Below are positions 7,454-17,574 of a DNA stretch of 42,911 nt, piece after piece. The notes under the pieces were generated by a model. It ran no database searches and had not been told where the DNA came from. It worked only from the letters and a program-made list of their open reading frames with translations. The translations under genes and the position numbers were made by a program. The stretch is from a virus (taxonomy: Duplodnaviria; Caudoviricetes), in IMG/VR virus record IMGVR_UViG_3300037311_000166, positions 1-42,911 of that record; one strand, given 5' to 3'. Position 1 is the first letter of the stretch; every line of letters starts with the position of its first letter.

Positions 7454-7894
7454 ATGAATACATTTGAAATTAATAATCCAGAAGTCCAAGCAATTGTCTT
7501 TCGAGTTCTCTTTACTGAAGAACTTTTTAATTCTTCAGATGAGACGTACGCAAGCAAGCCTAGAGTAGAATTTAAGCGCGACCTGGCAAAGCCTGTCATG
7601 AAGTGGAAAGCCGCATTTGATAAAATCACTAAATACGTTGTTGTTAATCCGAACGGAGAAGTCGTTGATTTGATTTCAAAGTCTGAATTGAAAGACTTTA
7701 AAGTCACTGAAGACGCAAGGCTTTCCGGTGAGCAAAGACTTTCAACCGACGGAGTCCTTGAAGTCGATCGTGAAATGGCAAAAGCCTTCAAGTTCTACTT
7801 GTCACAGCGCGACAATCTTCCTTTGCCTGAATCTTCTGATGCCTTTCAGATGCTCGAACAATTTGAGAATTTTTGCAACGGGGAGGGTGTATGA
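7454..7894 (+). CDS. Hypothetical protein
   Basis: Start re-called at MNTFEINN. Confidence 0.7.
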   Translation: MNTFEINNPEVQAIVFRVLFTEELFNSSDETYASKPRVEFKRDLAKPVMKWKAAFDKITKYVVVNPNGEVVDLISKSELKDFKVTEDARLSGEQRLSTDGVLEVDREMAKAFKFYLSQRDNLPLPESSDAFQMLEQFENFCNGEGV

Positions 7895-8154
7895 GCGATA
7901 AATTTTATGGTTTGAAAACAACCATTGATCTGTCTACGTTGCAGGCTCTTTTAAACAAGGCGGCTGGATCGGATGACTACGAGCGATGGTGGAGAGAGGA
8001 GCGCGATAAGAATGACGCTCTTGAATTGGAAAACAGTAAGCTGAAGGCCGAGCGTGATGACATCGAAAGATGGTGGGAAGAGTCCGTGGTTAAAGTAAAC
8101 GAACTGACGCAAAAAATTGATTCCTACAAAAACACTGAGAATGTTTCTCAGTAA
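7891..8154 (+). CDS. Coiled-coil protein with a duplicated ERWWxE motif
   Basis: GGAGG RBS; DYERWWREE and DIERWWEES. Confidence 0.7.
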   Translation: MSDKFYGLKTTIDLSTLQALLNKAAGSDDYERWWREERDKNDALELENSKLKAERDDIERWWEESVVKVNELTQKIDSYKNTENVSQ

Positions 8155-8184
8155 TAACAAACAAACAACAAGAAAGGTAAACTT

Positions 8185-9092
8185 ATGACTGAAAACAAAG
8201 AACTCGCATTAAGCGCAGATGCCGACGTGCAGCAATGGGGAATGTCGCTTGTCGCTGAATACGGAAGTGGAGTCGAGGTCGACACCAAGATCTATAAAGT
8301 CCCGACGATAAAATTAGGGACCTCTTCAAGCGATGATGTGAAAGCTAAAATTGTTTCTGAAGGTGATTTTTATTCACCGGAATTCGGGAAGAATTTTGGG
8401 CAGTCCGTATGGTGTATTCCCGTCAAGATCTCAATGTCCTCAGCGATGATATATTCGAAAAAAAAAAGCCGCGGATTTGGGGAGACTCTCTTCCTGAAGG
8501 TCTTCAGTCTTTAGCAAAAGAGATAAAAGAGCGTAGCCTTATTTGCAAAACCAATGACATGGTGAATGGGATGTTTGAAGGCGTGAAGTGCGAAGCCTGT
8601 CCGTTTGGAGAGAACCATAGCTATTGGGAATCGAAAGAGCGCCCTCCACATTGTGTCAAGTCGAACGACGTTTATGGCTTGTTTTCCTCTTCGATTGAAG
8701 ATGGTGAATGGTTGCCTGGCATCTTGCGGTTTAGCAAGAAAAAAAATCCCGCCTTCAAAAAATTTAAGGATTTAACTGGATTGGCGGCCCAGGCATTTTT
8801 GCCACCGTCTAAAAGGAAGCCTTTATTTTTCTCGGCCTACAACTTTTCATCTTACGAGACTACCGATGGGACATATATGTATCATTCGATTAAAGAGCAG
8901 ATTTTGAAAAGTCCTTTAACAAAAGAGCAACTCGCTTCTGTGGCTCCGCTTATTGAAGTCTTTATTAAAACCTTAGCGGATCAGAAATTTGAAGCGAAGG
9001 TTGATGATGAATTAGAACCGGCTCCAGTTGTTAGCGAGACGGTTAGCGATGGAAGTCCTCAAGGATTTGACCCTGAAGATCCATTTGCATGA
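8185..9092 (+). CDS. Phage ssDNA-binding protein-like gene split by a -1 frameshift at an A10 run (8458-8467)
   Basis: ORFs 8185..8514 and 8409..9092 join at the A10 run; CxxC and an acidic/aromatic tail (FDPEDPFA). Confidence 0.65.
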
Positions 9093-9115
9093 TAGCTTTT
9101 CCACACCACAGCATT

Positions 9116-9150
9116 CCCCGCCGTGCCTCCATCACGGCGGGGTTATTTTT
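9116..9150 (+). terminator. Rho-independent terminator
   Basis: CCCCGCCGTG-7nt-CACGGCGGGG followed by TTATTTTT. Confidence 0.85.
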
Positions 9151-9178
9151 ATAACAACCAAAAGAGGTCGCGGCTCTT

Positions 9179-11815
9179 ATGGATTCAAAGTTTATAAATT
9201 TTGTCATGACCAATGGGGTCTTGACAGAGAAACACAGGCAAGAACTAAAAACAAAAAGAGGGTTTCCTGACAGTGCTATTAACAGCTTGAAATTTATTTC
9301 AACGGGAAGTTACTGGGCAAAGCACTTCCGTGAAGGGGACTGGCCGGAAGATAAAAAGAATTGGCTCTTGTCCTCTCAGGATGACGGCAGGGTTATCATT
9401 CCTTTTTTTGATTCGGCTAATAATGTCATCTTCTTGAGGCCGCATAAAATGGGCTTTAAGGCCGAAGGCCTGGAGCTTTATGTACCGTATCCGATTTATG
9501 AACAAAAGGAATTTACAACCTTAGTCATTGCGGAAAGCGAATTCAAAGCGGCAGCCTCTACCTACATGGGAATTCAGGCCGTTGGCATACCAGGAATCAA
9601 TACGTTCGCCGGAGAATATTTTGAGAAATTGCGGGCTTTTATATCTGCCAATCCAAAGATTGAGCGGATAGTCATTTGCTTTGATAATGAAGTCAAGGAC
9701 AAGCCAGGGTTCGGTAATTACAAGGCCAACTATAAAGATCGATACGAGACTTTATACTGGTCTTATGCAATGGCAAGGATGATTTCTGAATCCTTCCCTG
9801 ATCGACAGGCTCTGGTTGCTACATTGCCTGATGATTGCATGATTGATGGCAAAGCTGACATTGACGGAATGTTAGCAATGGGGCGAATCAGTGACTATCG
9901 TGATTGCATAGAGAAAGCCGTTCGCCATGAAAAGTACAGGGCTTCATGGAAAATGCCACAAAGCCACATTTCTTTTCTTTCAAGAAGAATTGACCGGAAC
10001 TTTTATAAAGGCCCAGTCGTCGAGATCGGGAACCGTCTTTTTATTCGAGATTTCAAATCCAGCGATGAAGATGATGACAAGGTAAAGCTGAAGCCGGTAA
10101 CCAATTTTCGGATGGAAATCGTTCAAACCATGAAAGAGGGAATAAATATCCAGAGACTTATTCGCTACGTGTCCGATTACGGAAACTCGGAACCGATTTT
10201 GATTGACGCTGAGTCCATGACTTCAAAGGCTAATTTTACAAAGTTTTGTTACAAGAATGGTGACTATCGCTTTATTGGCAATGAGGCGGACATGTTGGCG
10301 ATATGGGATTATTTGTTCATGCACCAGGATGGCCGGATCGTAAACAGGCTTCAATTCTACGGGTACAATCAGGAGCTGGATACCTGGTTTTTTGAGAACG
10401 CCGCTTATGGCCGTGATAAAGTTTATGACGTTGATGAGAATGGGATTGTTTGGATTAACGAAGAAGGCTTCAAGCTTTTTGACAATAACGATTTGGACAA
10501 TGGGAAAAGCAGGCTGTCCTCTGATGAGGATCGAAACGCATCTCCAAGGCTCACAAGCAAAGCCCCCTATTTTACGCTGTCAGATATTTACAAGCACTTA
10601 TCGGTGCTGAAGGGCAAAGACAAAGCCAGCATGATGCTTGCCTGGACGCTTGGGCACTTCTTTATTCCAGAGATCACCAAAGAATTAAACTATCCCTTCA
10701 TGTTCTTTCACGGCGCTCAGAACCAAGGTAAGTCCACTACTGCGAGATGGATTAGTTCCTTCTTTGGATTTGACATTAAAGGTTATCCCGTCAGGGGATC
10801 GAGCATGCCAGGGATCCAACGCGTTTGTTCTCAATATTCGTGCCTGCCAGTTTGGCTGGAAGAATATCGAAACGACAGAAGCATTGACGAAAAGAATGCT
10901 TTTTTCCGCTCAGTCTATGACGGGTCAACTATCGTAAAGGGGCAGCCAAGGCCTAACGAGATCATGACTATTAAGGCCAGGTCCAACATACTTTTTTCAG
11001 GGCAGGAATTCCCTAACGACTCGGCCTTAAATTCAAGATGTCTTCATTTTAATTTCTCCGGAAACGATCCGAAAGGCCTTGAGTCTTTTAAGTGGATGGA
11101 AATGAACAGGGAATATTTTAATTATTTTGGGCATGAGATTCTTCTTAACCGAAAAGTTTTGTGGCCAAAGATCCACGAGAAAATAAAAGAGAATCTTGTT
11201 TTGTTCGCTGATCGAAAGATTGAGAATCCAAGAGCCATCAAGCATTCATCCATTCTTGGAGCAATAGCTTCCGTTCTTTTTGAGTCGTCCGTTGAAGGTG
11301 ATGAGTACATGATTTCAATGACGATTGATTCAATCCAGCAAAGGGAAAAAGAAAAAGAACTAAACGTGTTCTTTGATGACATTGTCTCGGTGCATCAAGG
11401 AAGAGGATGGGGCTTCCCGTATTACGATGTAAGATCGGTTCCGTTATTACAAGACGCTTTTAATCAAGCCTACGTTATGGTTCTTTATTTTAATTCAATT
11501 TATATTGAATGGTTCCGATCTATGGGTAAGCAAAGAAATGACATTCCAATTTCGAAGTCAACGCTACTGTCAAACCTGGAGTGCGAGAATTACTTTATAG
11601 GCCGTGTATCTGTAACGGAGAACGAAAACGCCGGAGGCAGCGGAAGAGGCAAGGCCGGATGGTTAATAAACCTTGCTCACGATGAAACCCCGAAAGTTTT
11701 ATTTGAGCTTTTGTCTGACGTTGAAAGAATAAAGCTAAAGTCTTTTCAAAACAATCCTGCCGCTAAGTCTGTCAAGTTGATCGACTTAGACAAGCGGGCA
11801 TTTTTAAGGAGCTAA
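9179..11815 (+). CDS. Primase-helicase (TOPRIM plus P-loop ATPase)
   Basis: IAESEFKA...GIPG...ICFD...KADID TOPRIM motifs; Walker A GAQNQGKST; Walker B VWLEE. Confidence 0.85.
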   Translation: MDSKFINFVMTNGVLTEKHRQELKTKRGFPDSAINSLKFISTGSYWAKHFREGDWPEDKKNWLLSSQDDGRVIIPFFDSANNVIFLRPHKMGFKAEGLELYVPYPIYEQKEFTTLVIAESEFKAAASTYMGIQAVGIPGINTFAGEYFEKLRAFISANPKIERIVICFDNEVKDKPGFGNYKANYKDRYETLYWSYAMARMISESFPDRQALVATLPDDCMIDGKADIDGMLAMGRISDYRDCIEKAVRHEKYRASWKMPQSHISFLSRRIDRNFYKGPVVEIGNRLFIRDFKSSDEDDDKVKLKPVTNFRMEIVQTMKEGINIQRLIRYVSDYGNSEPILIDAESMTSKANFTKFCYKNGDYRFIGNEADMLAIWDYLFMHQDGRIVNRLQFYGYNQELDTWFFENAAYGRDKVYDVDENGIVWINEEGFKLFDNNDLDNGKSRLSSDEDRNASPRLTSKAPYFTLSDIYKHLSVLKGKDKASMMLAWTLGHFFIPEITKELNYPFMFFHGAQNQGKSTTARWISSFFGFDIKGYPVRGSSMPGIQRVCSQYSCLPVWLEEYRNDRSIDEKNAFFRSVYDGSTIVKGQPRPNEIMTIKARSNILFSGQEFPNDSALNSRCLHFNFSGNDPKGLESFKWMEMNREYFNYFGHEILLNRKVLWPKIHEKIKENLVLFADRKIENPRAIKHSSILGAIASVLFESSVEGDEYMISMTIDSIQQREKEKELNVFFDDIVSVHQGRGWGFPYYDVRSVPLLQDAFNQAYVMVLYFNSIYIEWFRSMGKQRNDIPISKSTLLSNLECENYFIGRVSVTENENAGGSGRGKAGWLINLAHDETPKVLFELLSDVERIKLKSFQNNPAAKSVKLIDLDKRAFLRS

Positions 11816-11816
11816 C

Positions 11817-12335
11817 ATGAAAGATGATAGAGTCGATAGTTTGACATACGAAGAACTCAAGCTGGATCCGGATAAGATATTATTTGACCACATTGGGACA
11901 AGAATCGAAGATAAAAAAGGGCTGGAAAGAAGGCTCGAAATTTTTAGTTGGTACGTGAAAGCCTATGAAGAAAAAGCAAAAAGGTTGCCTATTCGAAATG
12001 AGCTTCTGGTACTTTTGATGAAAGTTAATCCAAAGTACTTTTCTACATTCCTCTCAGTTTCTGACAGGGATTTAATTAAGGACTTGAAAGATGCGTGGAT
12101 CGGACGGATCCTGACAATTAGCGATGTAAATTCTTACGATGAAGTGATTGAATACAAAAAGACCTTGTCATCGCCAGGGGATTACGTTTCAATTAATCCT
12201 GATTCAACTTTCTCTTTAAACATTCCAAAATATCCAGCCCTGTGGGCCGTTGGCGTTGGTAATCTTTTGGTAAAAGATGAAGACTTTGATTTGTTAAAGC
12301 TGGCACGTGAGGCTGGCGAAAGACAGATTCGATAA
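11817..12335 (+). CDS. Hypothetical protein
   Basis: AAGGAG RBS; last gene of the + strand arm. Confidence 0.75.
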   Translation: MKDDRVDSLTYEELKLDPDKILFDHIGTRIEDKKGLERRLEIFSWYVKAYEEKAKRLPIRNELLVLLMKVNPKYFSTFLSVSDRDLIKDLKDAWIGRILTISDVNSYDEVIEYKKTLSSPGDYVSINPDSTFSLNIPKYPALWAVGVGNLLVKDEDFDLLKLAREAGERQIR

Positions 12336-12399
12336 CAAGTTTCACTGTCAACAGTTTGTGGCAGTCCGCGACCTGTCACAAACCTAAGACTGCCTGAAA

Positions 12400-12444
12400 A
12401 CAACAAGCCCCCAAATCTGAAAAGAAATGGGGGTTTTTGTTGTG
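12400..12444. terminator. Bidirectional terminator between the convergent arms
   Basis: ACAACAAGCCCCCA...TGGGGGTTTTTGTTGT. Confidence 0.7.
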
Positions 12445-12502
12445 AACACAAGGAAACAAGGAAGGAAACCTTGCATTCTGCTTCTCGGGCGGCTGGGAGA
12501 AC

Positions 12503-12754
12503 TTAAAGCCAAATATCCATCGCTTGGAAACTTTCAACCCAAAAAATCAAACAAACGTTTCTTTCGCCTTCTTCGTCAAAGGATTCGACTTCTCTTTCAA
12601 TAGGGTCATCCAAAAGATCTTTAAATTCAGGACACGGGTTTGTCGGCATTGGCCACCGGATCGGCATTGGCTTTACGTTCGTTGCGCAGGCGCTCAGCAA
12701 GCTTGCGAATAGCCAAGCGCCGATCATAAAGAATTGCTTTGTTTTCTTTGTCAT
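12503..12754 (-). CDS. o-spanin (Rz1-like lipoprotein)
   Basis: Signal peptide with lipobox LSAC; Pro-rich; overlaps the i-spanin. Confidence 0.7.
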   Translation of the reverse strand: MTKKTKQFFMIGAWLFASLLSACATNVKPMPIRWPMPTNPCPEFKDLLDDPIEREVESFDEEGERNVCLIFWVESFQAMDIWL

Positions 12755-12884
12755 ATTGTTTTTGAGCAGAAAACTTTTTGTTAATCTCTTTCAGGATTTT
12801 TTCTGCTTCATTCCTTGGCCGAATCCAATAAGCCAAAAGACCAAAGCCTAAAAGCACTGCCAAGATTTCAAGCATCGCTTTCAT
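12627..12884 (-). CDS. i-spanin (Rz-like)
   Basis: N-terminal TM helix followed by a coiled coil. Confidence 0.65.
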   Translation of the reverse strand: MKAMLEILAVLLGFGLLAYWIRPRNEAEKILKEINKKFSAQKQYDKENKAILYDRRLAIRKLAERLRNERKANADPVANADKPVS

Positions 12885-12886
12885 TC

Positions 12887-13108
12887 TTATTTTCCAAAAA
12901 GGCCTTTGCCTTTTGAAAGAGCATCTCGAAGAGCCCAGAATCCCGCTCCGCCAAGAGCGAATTGTAGGTTATCAAGATTGCTACTAAGATTGAAACCGTT
13001 ACCATCCAAAGCGTCAATAAGAATCTGTAAAACAGATACCAAAACAAGAGCGACACCAACGACTTTAGTTTTCGCAGTTTGAATTTTAGATTTTTCTTGA
13101 ACAGGCAT
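12887..13108 (-). CDS. Putative holin
   Basis: 73 aa, two hydrophobic segments, basic C-terminus, adjacent to the spanins. Confidence 0.55.
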   Translation of the reverse strand: MPVQEKSKIQTAKTKVVGVALVLVSVLQILIDALDGNGFNLSSNLDNLQFALGGAGFWALRDALSKGKGLFGK

Positions 13109-13125
13109 TTACGCCTCCGTTTTCT

Positions 13126-16100
13126 TTATAGTGAATCTCTTAAGGACTCTTTAAGTCCTTCTTTGACTCTTCCCGTTAGACCTTCCTTTTTCTTTGTCTC
13201 ATACTCTTCTTTTTCTTTCAAGGCACTTTTTGCGCCCGACCTTCCAAATGCTGCCAAATTCAAATACGTTATGAAAGAATCGTCAAATTCTTTCATGTAC
13301 TTTTTACCCTCGGGAGTTTCCCAGAAGAACTTGTCTTTTCCCTTTCCGTCTGGCTGCTCGGTGAAAGCGTCAAAAGTACGGTAAATCTGGAGCGACCCAG
13401 CAAATCCTGAGTTGGCTGCTGCAAGCTTCTCAAGGCGTTCCCATTTCTTTTCAAGCTTTGCGTCATATTGCCGCTTTTTCTTTCCGGACTCTGGAGCTTC
13501 GCCTGTAATTTTGTCAATAAACCCTTCCCCTATTCCCATGGTTTCCATGATTATTTGTCCGAAGGTCCACCCGTTCCCAAATGATTGACCGGTGAAATCT
13601 TTCCAGAACGGAACATAATCGCCTATCCCAATCCGGATCGGGGTTCCAACTTCTCGGTTTACCGCGTTAAATAGCTCTGAATAAGCAACCGTATTGGTCA
13701 GGGCGCTAGTTGCTCTGGCAACCCCCTCAATGTCCGCCATCTGGGGTAGATCTCCGTATACGGTCGTGAAGACGTTTGTGACATGGGACATGAATTGGCC
13801 GGCAAACCTGAAAAACGGGTTTTTGGCAAATTGCCCACGCCCCTGCTTGGACATGTTCCCATAAATTCTATCGGTCATAAAATCGGCATAGAAAGCCGCT
13901 TGCTCATCACCGAGGCCTTGGGCTTTCGCCTCAGAGTGGAACGTCAAAAAATTGTGCTTTGCAAACATTACGTCGGCTTTGTTTATTGCCCATTTTCCAA
14001 TTTTCAGCATGGTCTCATGGGCATCGCCGACCTTCTTCAAAGACTGCCTCGCCTTTTCTCCCTTTTCTCCAATAGCCTTCAGTAAAGGCATGTCGTCAGG
14101 CGCATTCTTCATTCCCTCAAAAAGCCCTTTCCAGAACTTAACGTCATTATCAAAGTCCATAGAAGTGTGATCGCGGAGCTTTATGTTTGCCGATTGCTTA
14201 ACAACGTCATCGGAGGTCTGTGAAGCAAAGTTCATAACCGACTTTACGGCATGGGCGGGAGATAGGGCAAAGGTTGCTGGAAGCGATCCTGACTGCTTGA
14301 GCATGGTTGGGACAGAATTCAGCAAGATCGAGCGGAAACGCATGTTGCGAACTGTGTCCAAGACGGCCCCAGTTACACCTTCATTATCCTCAAATTTTCC
14401 AGCGTTCCTGACCATCTCGTCATTGAATTTTGATAAAAACTCCTGAGTCTTTGGCGGGGCCCAAATCTTTGCTCTATCGATCATAGATGCCAGGCCGGCC
14501 TTATGAACAACGGATGAGGCTTGCTTGACGTAATCTTGAAGGATTTCATCCCATCCATATTCCGTTTGGACATCTTCAAGAACTCGCGTTTGCTGCTTCT
14601 TGATTCCAACATTAAGGTCCCTAGACCGGCCCTTGGTGTGCTCCTCAAGGTACTTCGGTGAAAAAGTTGTCCTTTGAGAAAGTGGCGGTTCTTTTTGCGG
14701 AAGAATCTTCCGGAAATGGTTTTTCTCGACCATCTGATGGACGTAAGTTTCGCCTTTGTCATTTAAAGGCTTTAGCCCCAATGCCGTTCGGGTTTTGTTC
14801 ACACGATCAAACCAGTCTCTCTGGGTTGCCTTAAAAAAGTTGGACAAAGCTTTTATCTCGGAAATTTTCTTAAGGCCTTCGGCGTCCGTGCCGTACTTTT
14901 CCTGCAAAGCGGTATCGTCAATGAAACCTTTTATTAATCTTCTTGCGTCAAAATCTTCTTCTGACTTGGGCTTGATATTAAAAGTCTTGCCAAGCTTTGG
15001 TGCGGCGACAACGTCATCAATGACTGCACCGTCAAGCTTTCGGTTCATATACATAAGCTTGGAAAAAGGGTTCCCGTAACCGTACTGTGCATCAATAACC
15101 TTGTCTGCCGACCTTAATAGGTTCGGAAGGTCCAAGTCTTTCCAGCGCCTCCATTCGGCTGGATCTCCAAAAGAATGAATCGATGACAAAAAATCGGCAA
15201 ACTCAGTATTGTTTTTTATCATCATCGGATTTTCACTGCTCATCAAACTGTCAAGAACATTGTCGACTTCTTGCTTTGCTTTTGTTGCGAAAGCCGATTT
15301 GCCAGTCTCAGCTTGAGCGGTAACAATTGCCTTTGCCGAAAACCTTTCCGGCTCCCCAGCTCCGCGCCTTAAGTTCTCCATAATGCCGCGGCTTGGATTC
15401 CAGGCTTTGTCAGCAAATTCTTTTGCCTTCAAATATATTTCGCTGCCTTCCTTGGCGTTCAATGGCCTTTCATTTATCGTTTCTCGAATAAGACCTCTTA
15501 GGTCCGAAAGCTTAGAAGAGATTGCTTTTGCTTCATCTTTAAACAATTCTTTTTGAATCGGATCAGTCTCCGCCGCTGCCTCAGCCATCTTCTCCATGTA
15601 CTCTTTTGAAAAGTATTGAATCTCTTTTTTGAAAGAATTTTCTTTCATCAAGGACCGGACAAGGCTTTGATCGACCCCTTCTGGAGGCTTGGCAAAAGAA
15701 TCAAAAATATCAGACGGGGCTTCAGAAAATCTTTGGACAATAGATTTGTTTAGGTTTTTGTTACGAAAAGAAAAGTTTCTGATTAATTCATTATGATCTC
15801 TAAGAAAGCCAACCTCTCTCCAATTGACTTCTCCAGTTCCTCGCAAAGCCTTGAAAGCGGAGCCTAATTGATCGTCCAAATAGTTTGCGACCTGATTAAC
15901 ATCCATGCCAGTGCTGAAAACAATTTTTTTGTATGATTGCTTAACCTGCTTTTGAAATGACGCTTTGTGCTTGGGGATGCCTGCGGCGTCAACAAGATAG
16001 TCTTTCTTTGAGATTTCTTCAGGGCTTAAGACTCTTGCCGTTTTAGATCCATCGCTGGATGGCGCAAAAGCTTTTTCTTCAATGTCGTAAAACAAAGCTT

Positions 16101-17553
16101 TTGTTTTGTTATAAACTTCAGATGGATCAACCTTGGTCTTTCCCGACTTCTTTGTGGCAAGATCTGTTACTTTTTTTACACTTCTGTGGAAATGCCAATC
16201 GAGCGCCTTCTTTGTATCATTAGTCAGAGGACCAGTAATTAGCTTGGCAAAGTCTCTTCCTTCTTTTGAAGATACTGTTTCATGAATGGTTTGGCCAACG
16301 GCTTCAAAAGCCTCAGCGTACTTACCTTCGTCAACCAATTTCCGAAGTTCCGGATTGGTATTGTAAGCCTTGGCCAATGGCGCTCCGTCTTCTGTAAAAG
16401 CCTGTCTTGCCTTTAGAACAATATCCTCATCAGAAATCTTTTGAAGTAAAGAAGTGTCAGAATCTGATAGGACTTGATAAGGCTTTAATGCTGAATTCCC
16501 ATGGAAACGCAACTTTCTGATAGTCGAAGCAGCAGAAACCATTTTATCATCGGACCCATTTTTTATGATCTCATCAAGAGATTCTTTTGGGACTGACAAC
16601 AAAGTCTTTATGTAATTTTTTGTCGACTCTTGCGCCAGAAGGCCTTCGACGGATTGCTTATAAGACTTCAGATCCTTAGAAAACGCTGTCAGCGGAAGAG
16701 CGGCCCCAGCGGTGGTGAGCCCCCCAGCAATACCAGCGCCCATGGCTGAAAACGCAATCGCTCCAAATGCAGCTTCGCCAACGATGTCTGGGAAGTCTTG
16801 ACCTTCAATTGCGGCCTGAGTCCCGCGAGAAAACCCGCCAACAACGCCGCCTTCAAAAGCTGCGCTTGCGGCCTGGGCCTTGATATTAGCTACCCTTGCC
16901 GATGAAAGAGCTGCCTTTGCGGACGCAATATCATCAACACCGCCGATTGATCTCGCGGCAATAACTCCGGCTTTGGCTTGCTTTACACCTTTGGCAGCAA
17001 TCGTTGCCTTTTGCTGAACCTGCGCCAGCGTTCCCAATGACTTTCCCGCCTTGGCTACAGCCGGAGCGGCGGATCCGGCAGCCTTTAAAGTGGAGGCTGC
17101 GGACAATCCTTTTGCGGCAGCGCCAGCCGCTAAAAGAGTCCCCTTTATCAATGGAAAAGCCGTGATGTACCCTGTAACTAACTGGGTGGCAGTTCCGACG
17201 GTCGCAAGAGAAACGGCTTCTAAAAACTCTGGAGACTGAAATTCAGACGCTTTTGCCTTTGCAATAAAGTCAGAAACTTTAGGAGTCTGCTTGTCATAAT
17301 CCGCTATCCCAAAAGTCGCTCCAGTAATGGCCTGTTCTTTCATGAAATTCAAAAGTGAATAGTTGTCAGTCAAATCCATCTTTGTTGCTGACATGCCTTG
17401 CTTGGCCGCTGAAATCTCTAGATCGCTTTTACTTTCAGGATTCTTTTGCGGACCAACAACTGGAGGCACTTCTTCATTTGGTTTTTCAAAAGAAGAAGTC
17501 TGACCCAAAGAAAGCTTTTTCTTTTTTTCACTCAACCTGTCTTTTAGCGCCAT
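13126..17553 (-). CDS. Large internal virion/DNA ejection protein
   Basis: 1475 aa, helical, Ala/Gly-rich hydrophobic N-terminal region; last gene of the virion module. Confidence 0.65.
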   Translation of the reverse strand: MALKDRLSEKKKKLSLGQTSSFEKPNEEVPPVVGPQKNPESKSDLEISAAKQGMSATKMDLTDNYSLLNFMKEQAITGATFGIADYDKQTPKVSDFIAKAKASEFQSPEFLEAVSLATVGTATQLVTGYITAFPLIKGTLLAAGAAAKGLSAASTLKAAGSAAPAVAKAGKSLGTLAQVQQKATIAAKGVKQAKAGVIAARSIGGVDDIASAKAALSSARVANIKAQAASAAFEGGVVGGFSRGTQAAIEGQDFPDIVGEAAFGAIAFSAMGAGIAGGLTTAGAALPLTAFSKDLKSYKQSVEGLLAQESTKNYIKTLLSVPKESLDEIIKNGSDDKMVSAASTIRKLRFHGNSALKPYQVLSDSDTSLLQKISDEDIVLKARQAFTEDGAPLAKAYNTNPELRKLVDEGKYAEAFEAVGQTIHETVSSKEGRDFAKLITGPLTNDTKKALDWHFHRSVKKVTDLATKKSGKTKVDPSEVYNKTKALFYDIEEKAFAPSSDGSKTARVLSPEEISKKDYLVDAAGIPKHKASFQKQVKQSYKKIVFSTGMDVNQVANYLDDQLGSAFKALRGTGEVNWREVGFLRDHNELIRNFSFRNKNLNKSIVQRFSEAPSDIFDSFAKPPEGVDQSLVRSLMKENSFKKEIQYFSKEYMEKMAEAAAETDPIQKELFKDEAKAISSKLSDLRGLIRETINERPLNAKEGSEIYLKAKEFADKAWNPSRGIMENLRRGAGEPERFSAKAIVTAQAETGKSAFATKAKQEVDNVLDSLMSSENPMMIKNNTEFADFLSSIHSFGDPAEWRRWKDLDLPNLLRSADKVIDAQYGYGNPFSKLMYMNRKLDGAVIDDVVAAPKLGKTFNIKPKSEEDFDARRLIKGFIDDTALQEKYGTDAEGLKKISEIKALSNFFKATQRDWFDRVNKTRTALGLKPLNDKGETYVHQMVEKNHFRKILPQKEPPLSQRTTFSPKYLEEHTKGRSRDLNVGIKKQQTRVLEDVQTEYGWDEILQDYVKQASSVVHKAGLASMIDRAKIWAPPKTQEFLSKFNDEMVRNAGKFEDNEGVTGAVLDTVRNMRFRSILLNSVPTMLKQSGSLPATFALSPAHAVKSVMNFASQTSDDVVKQSANIKLRDHTSMDFDNDVKFWKGLFEGMKNAPDDMPLLKAIGEKGEKARQSLKKVGDAHETMLKIGKWAINKADVMFAKHNFLTFHSEAKAQGLGDEQAAFYADFMTDRIYGNMSKQGRGQFAKNPFFRFAGQFMSHVTNVFTTVYGDLPQMADIEGVARATSALTNTVAYSELFNAVNREVGTPIRIGIGDYVPFWKDFTGQSFGNGWTFGQIIMETMGIGEGFIDKITGEAPESGKKKRQYDAKLEKKWERLEKLAAANSGFAGSLQIYRTFDAFTEQPDGKGKDKFFWETPEGKKYMKEFDDSFITYLNLAAFGRSGAKSALKEKEEYETKKKEGLTGRVKEGLKESLRDSL

Positions 17554-17574
17554 AATAACCTTCTTTTATTCTTC

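Noticed and set aside
10514-10540. Hammerhead-like core CTGATGAG-GAT-CGAAAC inside the primase gene
   Set aside because: Only 2 nt between the upstream GTC and the core, so stem I cannot form; stem II is minimal; lies in coding sequence
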